DNA of 64,000 nucleotides, from positions 8,727,990 to 8,791,989 of the forward strand of contig BDGG01000002.1 in the NCBI GenBank assembly GCA_001949185.1, in the 5' to 3' direction. Below the pieces are notes generated by a model that did not search any database, was not told the origin of the DNA, and saw only the letters and a program-made list of their open reading frames with translations. The translations under genes were made by a program, and so were the position numbers. The first letter of the stretch is position 1, and every line of letters starts with the position of its first letter. Shown here piece after piece: positions 36,858-49,600 of the stretch. Source of the DNA: Ramazzottius varieornatus. Its lineage: Eukaryota; Animalia; Tardigrada.

Positions 36858-37695
36858 AAACTTTCGATGGAAGCCTGAACCGTCAACCCTGTGGATGAGC
36901 ATGCCAGTCGGTGCTGTTATAGTATGTTAACTTCCTCTTTTGGGTGGAAAGGTATCTTTCACGATCCTTCCGTTTGCATTTTTATTCGATTGCACTTTCT
37001 CTTTTGTGAGTTTAGTGGCATCGGTCGTTGTTGATTTCTCTTCGAGCAGACGCAATCCAACCTTGTATAAATTCACCACATTGACTTTCATGGAGCTTGT
37101 GTGCATTCAGCAGTAAAAATCGCACATCGGCGAATTTGCAATCTCGTTCCACCATTAAACCTGTAACAGACGGCAAGGAGAGAAGTCCAACTAGCCAGCT
37201 AGTTGAAGCAAAAGAGCTTCTGCAATGTGGATCAGTCCAGGAGAAGTAGGGAAGAAAGACTAACGAGGAAACAGGAAAATCAGCTGTTAGGCAGCCGGTG
37301 CAATCAAAGTCTGTGTCGCTTGATTGTCAGTGCGAAATGGAAGTTTCGAGAATGCGCTAGAAGGGCTTTGGGGATTATCCCCACCCTTAGTGTTCCGTCC
37401 TCACTGTACGGCCCTTCAAATTCGCACAAAAATAACCCAGGTCCCAGGCACTTCCGCTACTAACTTATCCATCTGACTTTGTTTTGACAGTCTGAGCACC
37501 AGTGACTGAATTATGGCGAATTATCGTCTCCGCAATAGTGGACGGCGCAAAATAAAACTACAACGTGCCTGCATAAATTTCAGCGGATAGTTTGAAAGGG
37601 GAAATTCCGCTGAGATTAGACCAGAAATACGCACAAGAAGCTATAGCTGATTCTTTTCCTAAGTTCAACAAACTTCTCAAAAAAGTACTACTAAT

Positions 37696-40600
37696 TCAAT
37701 CACGGGATGAGATCAACTCAAACCATTGGCGCATGGCATCACAGAGAGTCGAAGGCAGTTCCCGGACATCTTTGAGCACCAAGTAGAAGGGAAAAGGGAA
37801 ATCTTGCATGTAACTCTTCAGCTGAACACCCTGCAAAGTATAGTTCACCGTTCCAATTCGTTTCTAGACGTAGTATTTTTGATTGGCTTTTGATACAATC
37901 TCTATTTTCCTCGTTCCTGGGTTCGGGGCATGGGGAGACATTTCTTTCTCGTCTTGGAGCCAAAGAAAACTAACCTGAGAAGGGCCAGCAAAGATAGGCA
38001 CTCGGATGTCCATGATGGAGGCTTGTTGAGTAGCCATATCGGGTTTATCGAGGATGACAAAGACAATAAAGACTCCCACGCTCATCAGCTTCCTGACGGC
38101 CTTCTTCACTTTCTCCACGCCTTCGCGAAAGATGCCACGCCCATCGGAGACAATCAGCAACAGCTGGGAGACACCACTGCTACTGCTGACTTGCATTGTT
38201 TGTCGCGACTCCACAAAGACGCCCCATGTCAACTCCAACATCTACAGAAGAAAGCTACAATTAAAAAGACCGGCCGAATATCCACTCACAACAGAAAGCA
38301 GGGTACAACTCCATACGGCAAGCCCCATAAATAAGCCTATTTCTACTGGAAAGCCATACGGCACGGCCTTGTGTTAGGCGATTGCTCTTACCAAGGCTGT
38401 GCCCAAGCACTCTACATCGCATGTTTTTCCACTAAATTCGCTCATTTTGTTTGCTACTCGGAAATTATCCTAGAAGAGTCACTGTACTCTGGCAAACGTT
38501 GAAGAGAGTCACAAAAGACGAGGAACATACTTCGGCCACGTTGGTCTTGTTTTGGGCGAAGGAGAAGCGTGAGAGGATGGAGGCTCCGTCAGCTGTGGTG
38601 AAGGGTACTTGGAAGGGATGCAACAGCTGCACTGTCTCTCCGAAAGAACAAATGCCCAGCTGTCCCACATCCAGCAGGCTCATGGCATTGCTGATGACCG
38701 CCACCGATTCGAAGGCTAGCTACAAGCAAGTAACGTTGACGTCATCAGTACAAAAAGAAATCGAGGCTACGCCAGCCATTGTCAGTATGGTGCAGGCTAT
38801 GGATTTTTATTCGACTAGACCATATGACCACATGTGTCAGGAAAAGGTTATTCGTACGGATTTTGCTTCGTTTTCGTCTGGTTGGAATTACCTCTCTGGT
38901 CTGGTTGTGGTTCATACTGGAGCTGTCGTCGACGGCCATGAGAATTTGATACTGTCTTTGCGTGGGAAGACTGCGTCTCAGCCAGATCTTGTCCTTGCGA
39001 AAGTCGCTGGCTACATAAGCCAGCAACTTCCTCATGTTGAGGCGCTTGCCTGTCCGGTAATCGCCCCTGCAGCCACACGGAAACACCGATATCGCCATCA
39101 CATGAAATCAATAATACTCCTGAGCTTGCATTGCAGGCAGCCCTGTGTAGGGCTAAGCGACAGACTGATAAGGCTGCAAGTGTTTTCAGTTATAAGCCGA
39201 ACGTACCTCAGCTTGGATTTCTTGGTCGGTTCAAGGACAAGTCGCAGCTGCTCACAGAGCTCGTGCGATAACGACTGGGTTACCGCTTCATACTTGCGCC
39301 ATAAGAGCATGCCGCCCAGCTCCACAGGTTGTTCTCGAGACCAGTTCGACATGGCAAGCACCAGTTCCCGCCGCATTTCCTCCACCTCTTTCTATGCAAA
39401 GAAAACAAACCATTGACTGGAAATCTGGATTAAGATAGCATGTACAAGTCTATGGAAAATGACTAGACATTGGCGGAACGGTAAAGTGGACAAGACTTTG
39501 TGGGACGTACCTCAGAGGAGATGTCTGGCTGGAAGAGTTCCACCTTGGCTTGGAAGAAGCTGTTGCCTTGAAAGTCGGCAGCCAGCGTCGGTACTTGCTG
39601 CCCTTCCACCTCCATCTCGCCCTTCTCTTTGTCCGCTTCCACCTCACCCTTCGTCCTCATCTTGGCTACATTGTCTTTGGGGTTTCTTCTTCTTTTGCTC
39701 TTTCCCTGATTAACCTTCAATTCTTTGAGGTTTTCTGCTGCCTCTTGGTCCATTTCGACATCTGAGTCTTCTTCGAGGTCATCAATGATATCTGCGTCTT
39801 GATCACCAAGCTGAACCTTCTGTTCCTCTGCCATCTCCATCTCATTCCGTTGTTCCCTGGCCTTTTCCCGCGAAGCTTTATCCACCGTCTGTTTATCCCA
39901 TTTGGCTTGCTCCTCTTCCACGTGCTCGTACATATCACCTGCAAAATAACGTGTCGAAATCAAACCATAATTCGGATTGGAGAGTACAAAATCGTTAAAC
40001 AATTTCTCCCTCACCTTCGCCATTTTGATCTTCATTGTCGGCGTCTTTCCCATCCTTCTTTGTCTTTTCCTTTGAAATCTTGAGGCGTTTGTTGTAAGCT
40101 CGAGTCAAATCGCCCAAGACCTTCTTTTCCTCTTCTTCCTTCCTGACGTCCAAACTTCTCTTCTCCTTCTTCCTCCCTTCATTCCTTTCGGACTGGCTCT
40201 CCTTCTTCTGGTCTTTGCTCTGTTTTTCGAGATTTTCGAGACTTTTGGCCGAAGCCGACGAATCCCTCATACCGCTCTTCTTTCCACCCTCTTCGCCCTT
40301 GTCGTCGTTCTTCCTTTCTGTCTCATCATGGTCATTTCCTGCAACGCCACAATCTGTCACTTCCATTCATCCGAAGGAATACCTCACATCATCCAAAATA
40401 CTGGTTTGCTTCCGTCTGACGGATATTGCCATACCTTCATTAGGCTCATGTCCCTCAGCACCTTGTCCATTCTCCGTCTGCATCTGCTCATTGGCCTGAC
40501 TTTCTTCGGGCCAGTTGGTTGTCTGAGCCGCAGCGGCAAGACTTTGCTCTTCGTCCCTTGGCTGACCATTGTCATCTTCTTGCCCCTCTCCTTCCTCATT

Positions 40601-43600
40601 CTCTTGCTCATCAGCCCCAGCTTTGGCCTCAGTCTCCTGCAAGTCTTGGGCGGCTTGTGCTTCTTCCTCCAGCTCTTGGTCGTCGACCGTCTCCATGTCT
40701 TGGGCCTCCTCACCGGCGACTCCATCTACTTCCTCCTCCTCCTCATTCCGCCCTGCGTCTTGAGCGTCCTGCCTGCCGGACTCTTCGGCCTGCTCATAGC
40801 CTTCTTCTCCGTCGTCTTGTCCTTGGCCTTGCTCAAGCTGATCCTCCACCTCGTCGCTAGCTCCTTGTACATCGTCGTTGGCAGCGGCCATTTCGTCTCG
40901 TTGATAGGCTTTCTTCCCTTTAGCGTTCTTGTCCGTCTTCTTTTCATCCTGAAATGGCACAATACAAAATCAAAGTCCCAAAACGGCCAAAAATACTTAG
41001 ACTTGACAGCATATCGCATCCATCACACACCTCCATACGGTCAGCCCTATTTGCATCGTAATAAACGGTATGCTGGTGTCTGCCATATGCCACCAAGGGG
41101 CAATAAGGACAGCCAATCCACCACACTTGTTTACCTCTGCTTTGTCTTGGTCGGTCTTTTCTTCTTCCTCTTCGTCCTCGTCGCCCTCCCAAAACTTCTC
41201 GTCGAGGTGCTCGACGTTGTCTTGGCTGTCGAAATCGCCCATCTGGTTTTCCACATCAGGTACCTCCATGTCTTCCTCGTCGTCTTCATCTGTTAAACCA
41301 CATAGCACAAGAGCAGTCGGTTACGACCAACAGTTAGTGGCATAATTATGTTCAGACAGGCTACGAACCTTGCTGGTTAATGGGCACGTCATGCATCTGG
41401 CCCTCAAAGTCATCCGTCATCTCGATACCCTGCTCCTCATCGGCTACATCCTGTCTCCCTTCGTCCTCTTCCTTCTTCTCATCTTTGTCCTTCTTCAGGT
41501 CCTCCAACTGAACACAAGGCTATATTTATCAGTCTGTACAAATTCCCGCCCCACTTGCGGTCGATAGCAGCAATTTATAAAAACAAGAAGGACACCCACC
41601 TGGTCTTGGCTTTCGATCTTGTCGCTGACATCTTTGAGGCCTTGGCCTTCACCCATGCCCGTCTCTTCCGTCTCCTCTAACTCGACCTCTTTACCATTCA
41701 CTTCTTCGCTTTCTTTCCCTTGGTCGTCGGGAGCGCCGAAACTCTGTGCAAGATAGAGCAGATTAGGATTATAACTTTGCCTGAGCGCTCTTAGCACTTA
41801 CATTGACGACCAATTCGGTAAAGACTTTCATCAGCATGGTCATCAGCTGCGCCGCCGCCTGCAGCAGCTGCAGCGAGAAGCTGCCCATCTGACCCAATAC
41901 TACACTCCACAGCTCGAAGAAGGCCTGGTGAACCTTCAGGTCTTGCCACTCGGACAGAGTATCCCACGGAACCTGATCGGCTTGCTTCACCAACAATTGC
42001 ACACTTCCAAGGACCTAAGAGCAGCCAAAATGGTCAGCGCCACCTACCTGCATACATGAAACCATGTACCACGTACAGAACGTCAGTAGGCAGGACTACG
42101 AAACTGACTACAGCGCATTTGTTGGCGGTTTCTACTTTACCTTTTCCATATCAATAGCGTCAAAGTCACTGCTGCTGGCGGTAGCGAATGGGCTGCCAAG
42201 AGTAGATTCCGAGGTAATTTTTGCGGCTTGCGACAGGCGCTCGATGGCTTTCAGGCAACGGACGACGGTCCCTTGCACACTGACATGACACTCGTCAGCT
42301 ACTTGCGACGGCAAAGCGCAGCTGTCGATAAAGTCGTGCATCTGGATGAGGAGATGGTCAAGGGTAACATTGTCAGTGGAGGAGGAGAAGGTGTGACGGA
42401 TGGTCCGTAGGTCGTCTTCCATCAGCCGAAAGGCTGCTGAGTACTCTTGGATTTCTCGTAATTCTTCCAGCCTGTGGAATGCCAGAGTAGAGGCTTCTTT
42501 TGACATGACCGAGGAAGACTGGATGGAGCCCAGTACCTTTTGGCATTTCTACAATATGACCAATGTCAGGACGGGTTTGGCTGGCAACGAAAGCTGATTC
42601 TTACGGTTATCTTCTCGGACAGTTGACTGTAGGCTGGTGAGCTGCGCCACACTTCCTCTTCCCTTCCGTACAGAAGGCGACAGGTCTTGAGCGTCAAGCT
42701 CGAGTTGTCGTCCTGGACATGCGGCGCACAAGACAGCAGTGATGAATATGCCTTCAACGATGACTGCAGTTGTGCTTCCAGTTCTCTACCTTTCACCTAA
42801 CCAAGTAACCAATTCATTGAAGCAAGCACAGCAGATAAAATAAAAAGAGGTACACTTGCAGTGAGCTGCGCAAGGTGGTCACCCGACAGCGGGCATCGGC
42901 AGGCGCTTCTCTCTGCGACACAAAACTGCTGTAAACTCTGCTGGTGAAGGGCAGTTCGTGAGATGGCCGACAAGAGGTCGACCGTCATCTGTCGTCTTTG
43001 AACTATCAGCTGCTGCAAATGCTCCACGTAGCCTTTCATCACTGCCACATCCCGCGTACTGATAGTCTACAACAACAAGAGCAAATCAACGAATACAGGA
43101 CACTTCTCCTCTTGTATGTTCGTCAAGAAGCATTATATAGCTATGTACTTTGGCCGGTGCTTCCAGCTGACGACGAAAAAGGGCCAACTGGGCGTAGTTG
43201 GCAAAGAAGGCCTCTTCGCATTTCTCCCACACTCTTCTCCCTCCCATCTTGCCAGTTCCATCCACCACAAAGTCGGGAGGCGCAATGACAAAAGCAGCGT
43301 GAGGGTTTTCGCTGGCCGCCACCATCATGCCTTTGCGGTAGGAAAAGTCCAGTTCCTTCAGCGTCTCCGTCAGATGCTTGAAGGCCAGCCGCCGTCTTGA
43401 AGCCAGTTCCTTCATCTTCTTCTGGCCTTCTTTCCCCGTGGTGTCCACTGACTTCACCTCCAACGCTTTGAATCGAGTGCCGAACTCTTCTGCAAAACAC
43501 AAGGAGACGCCACCGCGAAGTTGACATAAAGAAACCTTGTTTTTCACGCACCTGCATACAACGTATCATTGTCTATTGTGGTTCCGTTGTACGCAGGAGG

Positions 43601-46600
43601 CTGCAAGTATCATCAAATGTCCTTACCAGCAACTTCCTGGACAAACTCGATCTTTTCCGAGCATTGCCACTTTTTGAGCACCCCCTTCACCAGCCTCCTC
43701 CCTTTCTTCAGCAGCTTCTCTGCCGAGATTGCTGGCAAGTTCTTCAACCTGAACCCGTCGGGAATGGTTCTCAGTGGACCGAGTGAGGTCTTGAGCCCGC
43801 TCGCCTTTTCCATAGTCACCTTACCCTCACCACCCGGCGCACCCTGGTCCAGGCTAACAGCTTCGTCCAGAGCGGCTTGGAACTTGCGGACGTGGTTATG
43901 GACGACGCGATGAGCCTTAGCGATGGTCTCTTTCAAGGCCCAGTAGTTCATCTGGTTCCACTGGATAATCTTGATGGCTTCCTTCAGCTCCTTCTCGATG
44001 GGCTTCCGCACTTCGGCAATCTGCTTTCTGACGGAGACTTCAAACTGGGAATAAAAAGCTTGAAGGTTGTACAGGGCCGCGTAAACTTTGCCTGCAAAGC
44101 AAGAGAAAATCCATGAATCCACAACACCTTTCAGGGACCTACATACCGCAAGTAGCAAAGCCAGTGGGTGAAAACGGTATGCAGGTGTATGCACAAGAAA
44201 GATTACGCTCAATTACTGTACTTTTCGTCATGGCTTTGATCGTTGAAAGATGGCCGAAGAAGCTCTTTAGCAAGTCCAATCTTCCACCGAAGCTACCCAG
44301 CGTGGAGGTCTCCATAAACTTCTGGACGATTATGACAAAGGTGGCCACCTCATGGCCTTGTGTGCCTTGGGAGGTCTCTTGGACGGCATTGTATAGGTGA
44401 AGCCACCACCGACTAGCTTCTTGTCGTCGGTCTCGTGCCACCACGTCCAACGCACTTCTCCATTCCCTCAGTTCCAGCTTCCTCCAGCGGAGGATGACAT
44501 CACCCATGACCGCCATCTGGGGCTGAAGACTCACGCCGGCATGTGCATTCACTTCCCAGCTCTTCAAAACCACATCAGTAATTTAACAATGGGCGTTCCA
44601 TCATCCACTCGCGTACACCACACTGCCCACCACGAGTACAACCAAATATATGCAGGTGCATGATATCTCTTCATGGTTATTGCAATTGTGCCGACTATTC
44701 ATGCACCTGCACTCATGTACGCCGCGATTTTACTACGAGGCCAAGTACGCAGGTGCATTCTAGTAATACATCAAGCTGCCATCGTACCTGGCACTTGTCC
44801 AAGACCAACTCCATTCCGGTGAGGAGTTTGGCTAGTGGTTCGGTCATGCCGAATGCCCTCATCTTGTCGACCGTCTTGACGATGTCGTTCAGGACGGGAT
44901 GAGCTACAAAAACACAGCAAGAGGATCAGTTTGCTTATTATACTGTAAGGGAGGGAGCGAGCTAGCTTTACCCGGCCATTGGTCCAGCAAAGTCAAGACT
45001 CGTTCTTTGGTGTCGACCAACAGCGGTACACACTGCCTGGCTTCCTCGACAGATGCGTCATGGTAGAAGTTGAAGCCTTCACCGCCCTTTACGTGGCCTT
45101 CTCGACCCTCCACCGACGACATTTCGTCCTGTATCTTGTGCAAGAAGGATGTGACGTCGACGTGCAAGTCATGTAAGCGCGGGCACTTTTGCATGACATC
45201 CTTGGAAATATCGAAGCTTATCCTCAAGGCTTTCTGCACGTCGCTTGCTGACTGGTCTTTATCTGACTCGACTGCAGGAGAGACAAACTGGCCGAAAAGA
45301 CTTACGAACGTCTTTTGTGCTGTTTCCACAAAGCGCAAGTGCGACTTGGCTGACAACGCCACATCCTTCACACCTTCCTCCTCCTCGTCCTCGAAATCCT
45401 GCAAAATTATCAAGAACATACGCGGGTGAATAACAGTATCGATATCTGAGCAACTTCAGATTATTACAGTAACTAGAAGATACTACCTTTTTGGGCTAAG
45501 GAAACACGATGCACAAGATGGTTTTCTGGCAAGTGGCGCACCTTTACAACGTTACTGGCTGAAAGCATGCGCCACTTGGGAAAGCAATCTTGCCGAGTTT
45601 CTGAGAGCAACGTACCGCGCGGTATGTGGGAAAGATTCGTTCAAGTGCGCCTTTGTCCGAGTCCTTGGTCAACTTGTACAAGTTGTCCTTCTGCAGCTCA
45701 ACCTTCTTTCGTTCCTCCTCGATGAGTGACCAGACCTTGGCCAGCTGATCAAAGACCCTGAATCTCAGTGTCATGGCTTTGGTCCGCGTCAGAGCGCGGT
45801 CACTCTTGTCCCTCTGCAACTCTCCACTCAGCAGGCGCAAGACCAATTCCATCAATCTACGTCGAACCACAGCTCTTGCCATCCGCTGACTAAGCTAGAA
45901 GGGGGCTAACTCTCTGACTTACTGGACGTGGAGGTTGAGTTGGTCTAAAGGCGCGCCCTTGTACAGTCTCAACAGGGCATTCCTGCCTTTCCACACTTTT
46001 TCTGCCACGTCGACCAACCTTCCGCCCTCCTGGCCAGCAGGATTTCCCACTGCTTCCACACAGTGCCAGACACTTTTCAGCGAGGCAGCCGCCACTCGAC
46101 AGCCCAACAGGAAATCTTCTTGGTCCCACATGGCCGTCAACACTTCCAAGGCGCAAACGACCTGAAGAGAAAGCATTGAAGGAAAAGCCGTTTGGTAGGT
46201 GACTACGGCCAAGAGATATCCATACCTGCTGTATTCCGGCCAAGAAGGGAGCGACGATATCGCGGTAGACAAAGTACTTGTCGCCCACTTCTTCCATCCT
46301 TTCCACCATCGACGGTAACCAGCCGCTCAACAGCTTGACCTTCTCTGCCACACTGCGTCCACCACTGGACAAGAAGACGTCGGACAGACGCTGCAGCAAG
46401 GAGCTTTTCATGAAAGCGCAGTCCTGTGTCATGGCTCCGTACTACAACAGTGTCTTCATCAAGCACCAAATGGCACTTCTCACCTACTGCTATTTCAGTT
46501 CATACCAAAGACAAAGGTGGTCGGTAAACTTGTTGCTGCATGTCTTCTTCCCTCAGTCGCCGTTGGCATTCTTCCAGCCGCTGCTGGTAGACTTCCATCA

Positions 46601-49600
46601 GTAGCGGGCCGTAGCAGCCTCTCTGCTCTGCGCTCAAGGCCCCGTACAGCGCCACAAAGTACTGCTTTACGGCGGCCAAACTTCCTTCGCATTCTTCCAA
46701 CTGCAACCGTCACAGATGAACTCACATGCCAACCAACTATTTGTTTGTTCAATTTAATCTTGATGAAAGCTTCTCTGCAAAATGTACCTGGTAGTGGAGA
46801 CAGTTGCGAACCAGCTGCATTTCCTGCACTGGATCGACCGAGGGTGGGGCGAAGAGGCGCACAAGGACAAGACCCAACATCAGCGACTCTGTCGCCTTCT
46901 GCTGCTGACCATCATCAGCGTGTCTTTCCCTACCATTCTCAATGTCCACCTTCAGCTGGAGCATCAGCCCTTGCTCGATGGTCACTTCAGCCCGCACGCT
47001 AGCACGGCTGGACTGACTTTGCCAAGAGACCAGACAGCTCCACACAGCCAGCAGCTTCTCCCCCACCGTCCGCCTCTCTTCTACCACAGCCATCTGTGGA
47101 AGCACATTGCCAAGGCCGCTGACCACTAAGCTGACTAGCTCTTCCACCTCCTTCGCACTACTTTCAATTAAAGACAAAAAGAAGTTGAAATCTTGCAAGC
47201 CTAAAAATTGATGGAAATTTCAAAGTTCCATTATCGTACCCTTTTCCGCCTTCTTTATCCAAAAGTTGCTTCCACAAGACCATCTGCAATTCTTTCAGCC
47301 GCTGGACATGGACCTCAGCGTCCCCTAATCGCCATAAGGTCTCAATGGGCAGCTTGGACCGCTCTAGTAAACTCGCTCCGTTGGTCAGTTGCACCATGAC
47401 TTCTTTCGACCATAACGTGTCTCCATTACAATCAAAAATCTGAAAGTACGAAACAGGTCAGACTTTCCATAGGACATAAAGCGCACCAAATTCACAGAGG
47501 ATCGTTTTTTATTTACTTTTCATTTTTAGCTGGAGTTTTATTACCAATTATGTATTCCAATGGTAATTAACATATTTATTTTTGTAACATTATTATTTTG
47601 TTCAATTAAATCTATTCGACAGCCTACCATGGCTTGTGCAGTATCGGTATAAGCTTCCCTTCGGAAAGGCCACATGAGGGCAAAGTGAAGGGAGCTCTGT
47701 TGCAGCAAGGACAGTGTGAGGGTAGCGGGCTTCAGCAGCAGCGCCATCTGGCGGATAACCCACGGCAAACTTTCTGTCGTGTCCATCAGCTCTCTTAGCC
47801 CTTCTTGCCGCTGTACCATCGTCCCACTACTATCAGCAACGAAATGGCGCAAGCTTCTCTGGCGCTTCAGGCAGAAAGCCAGCTGCAACAATCGCCACAG
47901 CCTGCCCTCTACCCTACTGCCTCCCATCGAACCAGCCTCTACAGAAACATCAAAAAATTCAACAAGGCAAGTTTCCACATGCTTCATTGGATTGTTTTTT
48001 TAAAAATAGTTCCAAACATTATAGTTGACTCTGCGAACCCTAACCACAGAAAAGCATGAAAATATTCGTACGGTGAAAGGGAAGGATGGTGGGGAGCAAG
48101 CGCGCCACTTGGGTGGGGTCGCTGCTTCTTCGCAGTTGGGCCATCCTGTCAAAGTCATCCTTGCTCTTGAAGGGCTCGTCGCCGCCAAGTTTCTGTCTGT
48201 TTTGTCCACTGAGCAGACTTTCTTCACTGCACAGGTCTTCATTCAGCCTGCCGCGGGCACTGTGCAGGGCTGCCGACTGCGGCGAGCCAACAGCAGCCAA
48301 CCCCTCTGTCACCGCCACAACTTCTTTGCTGACAAGGCGCCAAAGCAGCGCCACGTTAACGCCATCCATTTCCCCGCCTTTACTTTGCCAGGACAAATCG
48401 ACAACGGTCATCAAACTTCGCAACCACAAAGCTGCCACCATGGCCTGAAAGACATGCAACGTTATAGTGTTCATCGACACTTCATGATACCAATGTCCTT
48501 ACCCTGTAGTTGTCCTCTTTCTCCAGGGACTTTTCTTTGTTACTGACCAACTTGTGAGCAACAGCTTCGGCCCACATGTGTACAAAGTCCAGCAAGACTC
48601 TCAGCCTTTGGTCGGACGACTGGTGGAGACCTTGCCCTGCCATCACTCTCTCCAGCACATCCATCACCCGCTGCTTCCACTCGAAGCCCAGCAGGGCTTC
48701 CACACCCCATTCCACCTCTCTCAACAAGCCCACTCCCGTCGACAGTGTCAAGCGACCATCGCCCACCATCGTGTCCACCATGGCCATCACCCCAGCTTCG
48801 CCGTTCTCTTTCAGTGAGAGACCAAGGAGCCACGCAGCCAACAAGTTTAACGAGCTACTGACCACAACGTTCGTCGACTTCTTCTCAATCAACTCCGTGA
48901 CGAGTCCTAGGGCGTTGAATTTGCGCTGGATGGTTCTCTCAAGTCTGTGCCTCAACAAGTCAACCAGTACCACAGGGAAAGGCACTAGTCGGGGGCTTTT
49001 CAGCGAGGGGGCAACCAAAGCCTTTAGTCTGTCGTTGGAAATGGTGGCATTGGGAAGCGCCGCTTTGAACGCTCTTTCCATGTCCAAACTACAACCTTCG
49101 TCCAACCTCATGGCTACTTCTTCTCCCACATTCCGCACTTGTTCCAAATTCACACCTGGGAGGACAAGCCAAGCCAAATGACCTTCCGCCGACACACAGG
49201 TTCAAAATGCAATAGCGTCCATGCACATGCATACAGCATCGATAAAAGCAGCGTCTTCTTACCTAAATCTTGGCATATGTCTGCCAGGTTGGCAGCAAGA
49301 CCATCTTCCAGTCCTTCATTGACCAACAGACACAGGCTGTCACGACGACTGATGGATTCATCGACAAAGATCTCTACGCCGCGGTTGCGCATGGCTCGCG
49401 ACAGTTCTCCATACTGCGGGTTGACGGTCAGGAAGAGGCGGAAGCCTTCTGCGGGCCGCACTACCACCATCTCCCCCGCGACACTTCCCCGCTCTGACAA
49501 CAAGAGTTGGCCCGCGGGTTCGAGGACCGAATTGAGCCTGTCCAGCACGGCCGGGTTACACAGGTTGCTGTTGTCGATCAGCAGCCACTCACCGGCCAAC

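Noticed and set aside
38451-41296. Long plus-strand ORFs (321 aa and a hydrophobic 322 aa)
   Set aside because: They are antisense shadows of the MDN1 MIDAS domain and Asp/Glu-rich tail.
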